The notes under the pieces were generated by a model. The model ran no database searches, had not been told where the DNA came from, and saw only the letters and a program-made list of their open reading frames with translations. Below, piece by piece: positions 26,784 to 38,653 of a stretch of 64,000 nt of DNA. How positions within the stretch are numbered: position 1 is the stretch's first letter; every line of letters begins with the position of its first letter. The position numbers were made by a program, and so were the translations under genes. This DNA is from Spizellomyces punctatus DAOM BR117. Its lineage: Eukaryota. The stretch is from the NCBI GenBank assembly GCA_000182565.2, contig KQ257453.1. One strand, 5' to 3'.

Positions 26784-27828
26784 GGAGTCAAGATCGCGTC
26801 GTTAGACCTTGCAGAGATACAATATGCTGTAACTCGCTGCATTCTGAGCCTCTGGCGATTTATATTCAAGTTCTTCAAAACAACAGACAGTGTACGTTCG
26901 GTCACAAAAGTTTGCGAGCTACATTATATATACATCATGCAACATCATGCATTAGCACACGTTGGCAAAGGTCCCCATTCGGATATTTGAAGATCATCGA
27001 GCACTGGCTTGCTGTAATCGCTGGACGTTAGCTACTAACCAAGCGATGATCGTTCGCATAGGTATACATACCTTCATCAGATGGTTAAATACCTTCTGTT
27101 TGAACCATTCTCGGTCGTGGGGGATGTATGACTGTGTCGTTGGATCCAAACTAAGAGGACAGTTAGTGTTCCATCTAATCCAGCAATGGGCATAAATAGA
27201 TCTTACATCAAACAGCAGATATCGCCGAACGTATCAATGTACTTTTGAAGATCGCTAATGTCATCTTTAGAAAAAAAAAACCTTGGGTCAACTAGCATGC
27301 AGGCGGCCTCAAACAACCTGTACTTACAATGGATGTTCCTCACAGATGGGTTTAGTTGCTTTAAGCGTTGCTCATACTTTGCTATGATAGCTACATTAAA
27401 ATGAGGTCAGTACAGTATAAGTTACTGTATGAGGCAGCCCAATAAGTGTACCTTCAACGGCTAGGCTCAAGGTATTGTGATCTTCCCACTGACGTGTATC
27501 CCGACGTCCTGGTTGCGCCTGTATGAGAAGGATGGTGTGCTGGGTCTGAAAAGTTGCACATCAGGCATCAGGTTTACAGATCTCTCGGTGCAAATTACTT
27601 GGCATCCTTACCATGGCGAGATCTCACTGGGACAGCAAGCTTCTTCCCAGGCCAAGTACGTGAGGGATCTCTAATTACTGCATGGATGGCACAGCTTTAG
27701 AAAAAGACGTGACTGTGGCCACAGCACCAACCTCCAGACTGAAGCTTCAGATTGCCTATTGCTGTCCATAATCCATTCCCATGCCCAGATCTCTTCAAGA
27801 ATCTTTAAAGAACAGTGTATAACCAGCG

Positions 27829-30271
27829 ATGAGTAACAGGACTCTTCTCCGAATACAAAAAGAATTGCATGACATTCAAAAGGACCCGGAGCATCAGTTT
27901 CATGTTTGGTAGGTTTTGAGCCTTTTGCTCACGCAGTGTATGTTGGGAACATCTTGATAAGCTTACTCCCAACGTTAGGTATAATGATGAAAACATCACC
28001 CATGTCCATGCCCTTATATTAGGCCCACCAAAAACCCCCTATTGGTATGTTGAACGGAAAACAGGTTTCCTGTCCTAGTTGCGCCCGAACTGACGTTATG
28101 TACAAGCTTGGGAATGTTTGTGAGTTGTGTTCCATTGACGGTCAAACGGGGTTGCACGGTTTAATGCCATGCATAGGATTTTGTGTTTAATATGGGGGAG
28201 GACTATCCGCAAGGTCCACCCAAAGGTAAGGAGCACTGTTTGATTTGACGAGCCAAAACTAGATCACCTCAGTTAATTCGAAACGGTGCACGGATTTAGT
28301 CACCGCCATGACGACTGGCTTCGGGCGTGTTAGATTCAATCCCAATATATATTCCAAGTGAGATATCTATTGATCTACGGGCACTGTAAGCTTGCACTGA
28401 CACTGGGTCGACAGCGGGAAAGTGTGTCTAAGCATCTTGGGGACCTGGTGGGATACTCTGCTGCTTTATTCTCGGTTCGCTTTGTTCTTCTAAATCAACG
28501 TGAAGGGAGGCGAGAAAGGCGGGCGAGAAGTGGAGTGCTGCTCATGGGATTCTGTCAGTCCTAATTTGTAAGGCACCATAACATGCTCATTTCCGTCGGG
28601 CAGGATCAAGCGCACGAGCTAACCTCAACTTTGAACCTTCAGCTATACAGTCCCTACTTTCTGATAAGGTTGATAAACTTATTTCCTGCGCATTAAGTGG
28701 TTCTTTCGTTGTTCATCAAGCACTTCCATCGTGCGTTAGCCATTCCACAACGAACCTGGGCACGAGCATGAGACAGATGAGACTGTAATTGAGGAATACA
28801 ATCAGAAGATAAAGCACGGTGAGAATATTTTAGGCCCACTCTGGCACATGCATAGATTGTTTACTTAAGTCAACTTCAGAAACGTTACGGGTGTCATTAT
28901 GTGATCGCCTCGAAGAGGTTAGTGCTGATTGATCCGCGAACGGCTAGCAAAGTTCTCAGATGGTGCTTTCACACAGTATCTAGGCTGGACCACCAGTAAT
29001 GATTCTAATAGGCGGGAAGGTAGCAAATCAATCAAGCGCAGCTTTTGCAACTGTCAGTCACAATCTCCGTTCATCGACATTGTGAAGAGGATGTTCCTCA
29101 TGTAGGTGTGCATCTATTTGTTTCAAGAATAAGACCTTCTGTTAACATCTTACTTAGGTACTATGACATATACCTGGTAAGTGAATTAAAGAGAACTAGC
29201 GCTCGAGATAATATCGGAATAATGTCCTGACAACACAAGGATGTGGTCGACGTTGAGTCGACAAAAGTACGAGACGGGACCGGTGAGTCTAGCCAAATCG
29301 TTATCCACATACGCCCCTTTGAAGCTGAGTGTTCTTGTTTGAACAATACTACAGCATTCAAGCTGGCCAGGTTTGAGTTTGGGAACAACTTGATGGATGG
29401 TATGTTCCATGACCCCATCTTGCGTCATCAGCAACCAACTCCATGCAATTTTTTTTAGGGCACTATCAATATTCCTCGATTCGAACGCGGTTGGAAGCGA
29501 TACAAAAAGCCTTGCTGGCAGAAACGACACAGTGGATACGGTACGCAATGATGGTTTAAAATGACTGCTACCGAGACATACGGTTGCTCATTCGTTGCTG
29601 GTCAAAGAGAATCTCGGCAGTGGTTAACGAGCGAAACTACAACTGCAAGCAACCTGCGAAGTCAAGTGCGGAGCCATGTTATTTTGTATCCGTTATGTCT
29701 CATTCCTAAATGCATGTGATACAGTTCGATCAGATAACAGCGTCGAGAGAATACGATGGTTCCATTCTGCTGGAACTTGAAGAGGACAATCCTTTCTCCT
29801 GGTCCGTGACGATTATAGGCATGCCCATGACACAGTTTGACGGCGGAATGGTGTGCACCCTGTTGAAAGACCCGCAAAGCCTGCAAATGATCTCAGTTAC
29901 CTTTTTGTAGTTTCGTGCTCAAATCGTCTTCCACGACTCATTTCCTGAGGTCGCCCCACGAATTCGCTTTGTCTGTGAAATGTTTCACCCACAAGTTACA
30001 CGAGATGGTGTTCCGTACTACCGGTATGGGAGTGTATAACTGATTTCAACAATTGTACATGCTAACCTACCATGACTGTAGTGTTCAACGACCGGAGGAT
30101 GTGCGACAGTACCTTGACGCACTGAAGAAACTGGTATCGGAAGAGCCTTTGGCAGATCCAACAACGCACCTCAACCCTAAAGCGGCCATGCTATATTGGG
30201 GAACAAAGGAGCAGCGCAGAGATTACAACAGGAACGCAAGACGAGCTGCTCAGAGAAGCGCTGAATATTAA
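27829..30271 (+). CDS. Tandem UBC protein: UBE2Z-like active E2 domain plus C-terminal inactive UBC/UEV domain
   Basis: MSNRTLLRIQKEL...ILGPPKTPY...VRFNPNIY/SGKVCLSILGTW (catalytic Cys)...PFHNEPG. The second domain WSVTIIGMPMTQFDGG...EMFHPQVTRDGVPYYR has no Cys at the catalytic position. Includes micro-exons. Confidence 0.85.
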
Positions 30272-30429
30272 ATTACCACTAATTGCATAGTAAAGAGACG
30301 TCGCCTTTTTTTGCTGATGGTTCTTGTTACATATTTTTTCTTTCGTATACCGTCGGTCGTATGTCAGACTAGGAGAGATAAAAAGTGTACAGCAGCAGTA
30401 TTTTTGTCATCCTGGTGCCTTGTATTGCA

Positions 30430-30520
30430 ATTCAATTCAGTTGTTTAGTGTAGAGGTGACAGAAACTGGCACTAGCTACTACACCAGGGAATAAACCGGC
30501 GACAACCGGTTCGGAAAAGC
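30430..30520 (-). ncRNA. Fanzor omegaRNA-like scaffold (30520-30446) plus flanking guide
   Basis: GCUUUUCCGAACCGGUUGUCGCCGGUUUAUUCCCUGGUGUAGUAGCUAGUGCCA...CACUA is the same length (75 nt) as, and colinear with, the omegaRNA of element C (54064-54138). Confidence 0.8.
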
Positions 30521-31194
30521 TACTACTAGGCAATTATACACGCAATACGTAACGGTTGGTTCTAACCGGATAATTGCCCACCACCACACGCGGTCCCTAC
30601 TAGGCCTTGATCTGGAACTCTTGATGGCATTGAAGCCAGACTCTTGCATCCAGGAGCGAATCGACTGGGCAGCATCACAAGCCAGAGGATGTTCAGTGAC
30701 AAGACTTGGAGACTAAAACTGCATGTCAGCGACAGAATGACATGAAAAGAGATGATGCCATCGGTACATACCAACCAAGCTCAACAAATGTGGCAGCATA
30801 ATAGTAGGTTTTGTTATCAGATCCGATTGGTTGCCGCTGGTTCTGATCACGGTTGCTGTCGGGCGGTCGAGGTCCTCAACACCACCACATCGGCGTTCTC
30901 ATGGTTGACCGAGTCACGATGAGGTTGCAATGTGGGTCGCTATGAGGTCGCAATGAGCGTTTGTGCAGATGCTTGCGAGTCGAGGATGGGTAAAGAGGAA
31001 AGAGGGAAAAGGCCCCCCTTTTACAGACCTTTGGCATGCGCCTCACCGCAGTTTAAAAAAAAAAAAAAAAAACATTACAATACATGCCACACCGTTTTGA
31101 GCAGTAGATGGGGGTGCTGATTATGCGATATGATTAACCGGATTGAGCCGGATAATAATGAGTCCTAGTGCCATTTTCAATCACCTCCACACTA
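30446..31194 (-). mobile_element. Element A: non-autonomous Fanzor-family ('ghost') TIR element, 749 bp
   Basis: TIRs 30446-30475 and 31165-31194 match at 26/30. The promoter-side TIR matches the TIR of Fanzor element C at 23/30. CATA lies at its 5' junction on the minus strand (31196-31193). The body is homologous to element B. No Fanzor ORF. Confidence 0.9.
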
Positions 31195-31286
31195 TGCTGT
31201 GTTGTCATGTGACATGCCACGAAGCTAAGCACGCGCTTATTAGACGCACCACGTCGCAAGCACGTCCATCCACCAATTTCAACCAG

Positions 31287-34200
31287 ATGAGTGCAGACGA
31301 GGACCTTGCAGCTGTATGCATATCACAGTCACTTTTGCTCTCATTTATTTTGCTTCTTATGATGCTATACACATAGATCAACTATTTCTGTCGCAGGAAA
31401 CTATTCCATCATGCATATTCACTATGTGATGATCGCCTCAAGAGGAAAGTTGGTGATCCACTTCTTCTCTTCTGGCGGGCCGCTAGTACCGTGTTCGAAG
31501 GTAACTTTTATAAATATGATAAGCTAATCCTACATTTAACAACTCTGTTGTGCTCCCCTCAGGCCGCCCTACGGAAGCTCTTCGCGCCTTGGAAAGTGTG
31601 CAGGATAAGCGCGATTTCCTCCTAGCAGCGCCGATTGCGATGATTCATGCTCACGAGCGGTGTAAACTAGTTGGTACGCCCGTATGTCATTGTTTCACAA
31701 AGAAAGTTGGCGGTCTGTTAAGATGTAACAGACAGGGAAGCAATTCAAGAGCTTGAGGCAAAATTGACGATTGCCAGTAACTCACCGTCTCTAACCGACC
31801 GCGCTCATATACAAGCGGCAATGTTTCAATGGCACTGCGGCTTCCTTGACCTGGCCAAAGAGAACGTCAAGAAAGCGCTCGATATGAATTCCGGGTCTAC
31901 TGAGGCTTTGACGCTCATGGGATGGATCGACATGGCATCACCAAAAGATTCCGTCGCCGCGAAAGCACATACGTGGCTGGATCGTGCTTTGGAGAAGAGA
32001 CCTAAAGATTTGGAGGTACCGCGTGCAGTGAAGTGGGGTTGTTTTCCTCAATAGAACGGCTTACAGTGTATTCAAAACCGCAGGCTCTCATGGGTCGCCT
32101 GCATTACCTCCGACGACATCGTCGCCAATTAACTCCCGCTCTAGATATCACATCCCAAATCATTGTACACTATCCTGGTTTCATACCAGCTTACATCGAG
32201 CGGGTGTATGTATTGCTGGAAATGGGTGCTTGGGAACAAGTCAACGAAGCATCACAGCGGTTGGCAGGGTTGATGCCTGATAGCATAGATGCGATGATTG
32301 CCCAGTGCCTCAATCAGCTCTGCAGAGAAGGTGGATATGCAATGGCTGCATCTTACATTGCCAAGCTCAAGCAGGTGATTGATTTTGACTGATGGACGGC
32401 CAGTTGGGATGAAGTGTAATAATAATTTTTCTCAGACTCTAGATAGGCTGGAGCCTCACAATGCGCAACTGTATTATACTACTGCTCAGCCCTTTATTCG
32501 CCTGTCAAACCGCCTGGCAACGTGCGTTCTCTACCTATCATCTCCTGTCAATGGTTCATTCTAATCGGCTTGCTTGAACCTTATTACAGGGTACTGGACG
32601 GATGCACCAAGTTGCTGGAGAAAGCAATAGTTATCGAACCGGAAAATAGCGCTTATCGAACAGAGCTTGGTCATGTTCACTTGCTGTTGGGTAAGAAGAA
32701 TTGTTGCAGGTAACCTAGATATGGATGACTGAACCCAACAGAATAGAGGATTTACCGAGAGCAAGAGAAGCGTATCAACATGCTGCGTCCCTTGATCCAC
32801 ATTACGTTAAAGCTCTGGAAGGTTAGCTTCTTCTCATTAACAGTGTCCTAGGCAATTAATAAATCATGGCGATTTAGGCTTGATACGATGTCAGCTCCTC
32901 AGTGGGCACTTTGACGCTGCTGAAGAGCAACTAGAGCTGTTCAATGAATTTCAGATGGCAATGGGTAATAATGTGTTTTCATCATCACTGCTAGAACAAT
33001 GTCCGACTCACCAACCATGCAGGGAAATCTGCTGAAATGACTTATCTTTCTTCGGTTCTTGCGTGGTACAAGTACGGGGATGCCCGAAAGCGCCTACAAT
33101 ACCTCAAGGAAGCCGTTGAAATCGAACTACAGTTGATTAATGCCATGCCTCTCAGGTGAGCAAAAGATGAGGTCAGATAGTGAATTGAAGTTCCAAGTAC
33201 CTTTTTAATCCTGCTATAGTCTAGAGTACTATGTCCAGGTTAACCCGGACTTCCTCTTGGAGATGGTGAAAGACTACATGGAGCACTGTCCATCCGATCC
33301 CAAACGCGAAGGTAATCTCTTACTCAGTGTTGTCCAAGAAGGAACTTCTTACACCTCGTGATTATAGGAGAAGACGTGCATCCAATCATAAAGATTGTCC
33401 TGGACCTGTTGGAGGTCGTTTGCAAAGTGAACCCAGGCTCAGTTGAAGCTGTATATCACTTGGCCAAGGCGAAATTCCTAGCTGGGGACAAAGCTTCCGC
33501 GCAACTGGCCGCCGCAAGGTGCTTGAAGTTAGATAATACCTACCCGAAGGTGCCCATTATTCTTATTTTATGGTCAGAAAATACGCAACGGCTAATTTTC
33601 TCTGTAATTTCAGGGCTATGTCCTCATGGGCCAGATACATTTATATGATGGCCACGCAAAGCAAGCAATTCAGTTCTTGGAAATGGGATTGAGCTATAAT
33701 TTTCAAGTTCGGAATATCCCGCTTTTCCACATATTGAAGGCCCGCGTGCAGATAACGGAAGGCAATTATGATGAAGCACTTGCCACGTTGCAGACTGCCA
33801 TGAGTCTTCCCGGTATGAAGGAGCCAATGAGAGGTAAGTTCATCATATAGGAACCCTAGGAACTGGTTCGCAAACTTATTCATTGATTTGCAGAAGGAAA
33901 CCGGGTCCCGCGTATGAAGCGGCCAGATCACATCCCTTCTATACATGAGCGCATGACCTTATACCTGGAGCTTGTCGATGTGCACACGAAACTGAAGCAT
34001 GTCGTAAGTTCAAAGGTTTAGTGCTGCAACCCACAGTAATAATGAAACCGTCTTAATCCCACATAGAATGAAGCCGCAAAGGTTATGCAGGAGGCTGTGC
34101 AGGTGTTTTCGGGCATGCCTGAACAAGACCGGCTGGTAATGGCAAAGGCTGAATTGGCCCTCGCTAGGGGTGAAGTAGATGCCGCCCTCAACCAACTTGC

Positions 34201-36776
34201 GACCATCACCATGGATCAGCCGTAGGTCCAACTGTCATCTGTATACCCATGTAATGTGCGACATCAACTCTTTACTTGCTAGATATTTCATTGAGGCGAA
34301 GCGGCAAATGGCTGATATTTACCTCAAGTACAAAAATGACAAGAAAGCGTATGCCCGCTGCTACAGCGAGCTTGTCGAAAGGAACCCGACAGTGGAGAGC
34401 TGTCTATTACTGGGTGATGCTTATATGAATTTGCAAGAGGTAAGAGGCTACATCTTTTTGATATTTCCCCCGACACCCATCTGAATTTCTTCATCTTTCA
34501 TTCAGCCCGAAAAGGCCATCGCAATTTACGAGTCGGCAATGGATTCTAGTCCAGAAGCAAGCGTTTTGGCGAGCAAAATTGGCAAAGCTCTCGTTAGAAC
34601 CCACAACTATTCCCGCGTATGTTCCATGGCCACAGCCTTCAGATTTGGCCAGATTAATTAGAGATATGTTTCTAGGCAATAAGTTATTACGAATCCGCGC
34701 TTGCAAATGAATCTCCTATCGGCTCTATCCTGAGATACGACCTCGCCCAGCTATATAAAAAACTGCAGAGATACGATGATGCAGAAAAGATACTCACGGA
34801 AGCCTTGGAACATCCGCAAAGTATGGCAGGAATAATGGCAATTTCCTTCTTGCTAAAACTCACAATGCGTATAGCTGATGAAATATCCGACATCGAGCTG
34901 GATATTTCCTGTCAGACGCTTCTTGCACAGGTGTACCGATGCATGCAAAACCCAAAGAAAGCAGTAATGGCTTTACAGGAAGCACGCGATTTGCAAATGC
35001 GGTACGCTGACTTAAGTAATGCATCTTTAACTATCCATTCTGCCGCTCAACTGGATCTTTTAGGGTTTTGGCCAAAGAAGCAATGGCGGCAGATACCCGA
35101 CCACAGCGAACCAAATTGGCAGATATCAATTATGAGATTGCAGAGCTTTATTCCCGAGACCTAAAGGAGGTGGATAATGCCCTGACTCACTATAACGAGG
35201 CCATTGAAAATGATGAAGGCCACGCAAAGGTGCGAACATGGACTGAAGCAAACTTGCTTAAATATTTTGTATTTTCTTTCGTATTAATGTATTCACAACT
35301 GCAGTCTATTTTGGCAGTCTGCCAGATTTACCTTTCAAAAGGCGAGGTTGACTCTGCTCAACTACAATGCTCTAACTTGCTTCGCCTCGATACAACCAAT
35401 GAGGAGGCCACTATGTTGATGGCTGAGATCATGTATCGCAGTAATTCGCATGCAGAAGCAATCTTTCATTTTCGATCGCTTCTCGACCGCATTCCGACAC
35501 ATTACACTGCACTCGTTCGATTGATAGAGGTTCTGCGGAGAAGCGGAAAGTTGGACGAAATACCCAAGTATTTAAAACTGGCGGAGGAAAGTACGGTCAA
35601 GGTCAACTTGCATCCTGGCTACCACTATTGCAAAGGTCTGCATTACAGGTATGATTTTATGCCACACATTCAGTCGCAGTAATGTCAGCAGTTATAAACT
35701 CCATCTATTTTCTTGATAAAGATATTCAAATAGCCCGCATGAAGCGTTGAAGGAATTCAACTTCTGTCGGCGGGATACTGAATGGGGGGAGCGAGCATTG
35801 TATCACATGGTGGAGATCTTTCTTAATCCTGACAATGAAACGACAGGGGGAGAGGCACTGGAGGGGGCTGCCGACACTTCAGCCAGCGGCGGTAAGAAAG
35901 GCGACTCCGAACTATTAGCAATCTTGACGGCAGACAAGTTGTTGAAGGTAACCTTTTTCGTTTTTGACCAACACGACACAATCATGGTTAGCTGAACATT
36001 AACGAGTAGGAACTCCCTCAAAACCCAAAGTCGCTGCGAACGCAGGTTCTTGAATGTCACGCACTCATGGCAACAAAGCAGAAGGTTGAAATTGAACGTG
36101 CACTGGCCAAATTTGCAGAAATACTCAATACGGAGCGGGACTACGTGCCAGCGCTACTGGTATGTAACTTCTCTCCTTTTGCTCCCTCTTGAAAGAAGGG
36201 CTTCTAAGCCGCAATCGGCATGTATTAGGGTATGGCGGTGGGCTACATGCTGTTGAAGCAACCACCACGCGCAAGGAATCAACTGAAACGAATTGCTAAA
36301 ATGGAGTGGACAAGCGAGCTAGCTGATGATTTTGAACGCAGTTGGATCCTGCTTGCCGACATCTACATTCAGGTTTTGTTTTTGATTTTGTGGGAGGATG
36401 ATGCATCGAGGAACCAACAACTAATGCATCTCCTATATATCCCAAACAGGGTGGTAAATACGATCTAGCAACGGACCTTCTCAAGCGATGTCTGTCACAG
36501 AATCGCTCTTGCGCCAAAGCGTCGGAGTATTTGGGATTTATTATGGAGAAAGAAGCATCGTTTAAAGACGCAGCAGATCACTACGAAATTGCCTGGCAGC
36601 TCGATCGCGAAGCAAATCCCGCTATGGGATATAAATTGGCCTTCAACTATATGAAGGCAAAAAAGCATGTGGAGGCTATTGATGTTTGTCATAAGGTGCT
36701 AAAATTGTACCCGGATTATCCCAAGATGAGAAAGGAGATACTAGATAAAGCGAGGGCAAGCTTAAGATGCCCATGA
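31287..36776 (+). CDS. TTC21B: IFT-A complex TPR protein IFT139
   Basis: [61 protein letters not shown] and [25 protein letters not shown]...[12 protein letters not shown]. Confidence 0.95.
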
Positions 36777-36964
36777 AAGAATATTGTAGTTCCCTGTAAT
36801 TAAGAGCAAAAGAGCACATTAGAAGAAATCAGCCCACCCTCAACGGTCCTTGTAGCTCATCGCTTGAGTGCGCGTTTGTCGCAACGATTGAGAGTTAATG
36901 TACATTCTAATGTTCAGATAACTACATGCTCCCCGAGGTTTCATGCTCCAGTCCCCCTTTCATT

Positions 36965-38464
36965 TCAGATCGTGTCCGCACCCCTTGCTCCTACTGTGTT
37001 GCCTTTGCCTTTTGGATCACCATCCTCAGCGTGCATGCTGAAGACCCTATGCATGAGCGCAACAAAGTCCCTCGCATGGGGACCACTCTGCAAATCATCT
37101 GCGACACTACATATGTCTCTAAAAAGCCAATGCAATCCCAGATCCGGTCGCAATTTCGCCGAGCAAGTCTGGATAGCGGGCATAAAGCGTGCTCTCTTTT
37201 CAGTGGTAGGAGGAGTTTCCTCTGTTATTTCACTTTCCGAATTGAGCGTATGCGCAGCGTCCAGCGCCCTTTCCTCCGCCGCTGGAGAAACATGCTCTTC
37301 AGCCGAGGGGGTACTGTGCTTTTGTACTTCCGTCGCTAGATCGGAATCTACCAACATTTTCTCCAGAAGGGTGATGCTGGAGTCATCGAGCAGCTGTAAA
37401 TGAGTGCGAATGCGCTGCAAAATGGGCTCTTTTGAGCGGAACCATCGAAACCCATGTTCACCGCGAAGAAGACTAACGCAGTCCGGCATGTGATGCAAGC
37501 CAGCAACCATGCACAGCCTGGGAATCGCGACAATTACGATGGGATCAAACGTGTGAATTTGATTCCATGCTATGTAGCCACGTTGAACAGATCTTAGAAT
37601 CGTCTCGCTCATTAGAACCTAGGGCATTCAATTAAAATGAGTGACAAATACAATTGTGACTTGATAAATATTTCGCTTACTTGGAACATGTCCAGATCGT
37701 CAAACCGTCCCGGTCGACCATGATACGAAACGGAAAAGTAGCAAAAACAAATTTTTTCTTCGAATGCTGCCCATGCTTGATCAAAGTCTTTTAGGACGGG
37801 GTACAGGTCAAGATATGGAGATGACGAGCATGTCAGCGCCCTGGTACGAAACGCGAACCGAAGAGCGTCCATTGCAGCGTGCAATTGTCTTGCTGGTTCT
37901 ACAAGCTCTTGGGTAAAGTGCTCAATTCCTCGGATGCGGAACCCTCTACTCAATGCTTGGCAAGCAAATAGAATATTTTCGCTGAAGCCCCCTTCTAACT
38001 CTCTTTGATCTTCTGGCGGTAAGCGGGTCCGATAGTCTCGGGACGTTTTCAGGTCTTCATCCATGTCCATATAGATAAGGTATATTGTCTCAAGGAATAA
38101 GCGCTGGGCATGATGAACTCTCTCATTCCGCCTCTTGAATTTCTCTGAATTTGTGTCACGAACTTTTTGCAATGATATGACAGATTTCGTCAAGTGTTGA
38201 TCTGATGCAGGTAGGTCATATAATAATCCTTGCAATTGAAATTCATCTGTGTGTGTACGAACCTGCATACCAAAACAGGCTCAGCGGCTGCGTTTCGTTC
38301 AGTCTTGGAGGAATTTCATTCTCAAGGGGCCTCCAAGCACAAAATTGAAATATTTGGGCAACGGTGTAGCCACCCGGGGGAGGTAAGGACGTTTGCGACA
38401 AACGTCTTTGCGATCTTGCTGACCTAGGGAAGCTGGTACTCTCTGTTGCTGACTGTGGAGCCAT
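36965..38464 (-). CDS. LST2/ZFYVE28 N-terminal helical-domain protein, no FYVE finger seen
   Basis: SLFWYA/DEF, SRDYRTRLP, ENILFACQAL, LKDFDQAWAAFE, VLMSETI...FDPIVIVAIPRL and ICSVADDLQSG match recalled LST2 motifs. Confidence 0.7.
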
Positions 38465-38653
38465 CGTCAAGTAACCTCCATTGGGCAGCAGACCATCCTG
38501 CTTCTGACACGTTCACCGATTCTTACGTCAGCATAGTCCCGCGTCCTTTGGTTGCTTACGTTTTCATGAGCAGCGTGAGATGCCCACGTGATCACAAAAC
38601 CAACGCGTGGATGTTGCGGGAACTGCGTGCCCTACGCCCATACCAGATCAGCG

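Noticed and set aside
31055-31072. Poly(A) run suggesting a retroposed SINE/LINE tail
   Set aside because: It is internal to a TIR-bounded element, and A/B homology continues on both sides. It fits a poly(dA:dT) promoter tract better.
30932-31120. Shared plus-strand ORF ADACESRMGKEERGKRPPFYRPLACASPQFKKK in A and B (also 45609-45833)
   Set aside because: It is the antisense translation of the conserved promoter block (CT-rich stretch, TATA, poly-T). The starts are non-ATG and the frames diverge around the A-tract.
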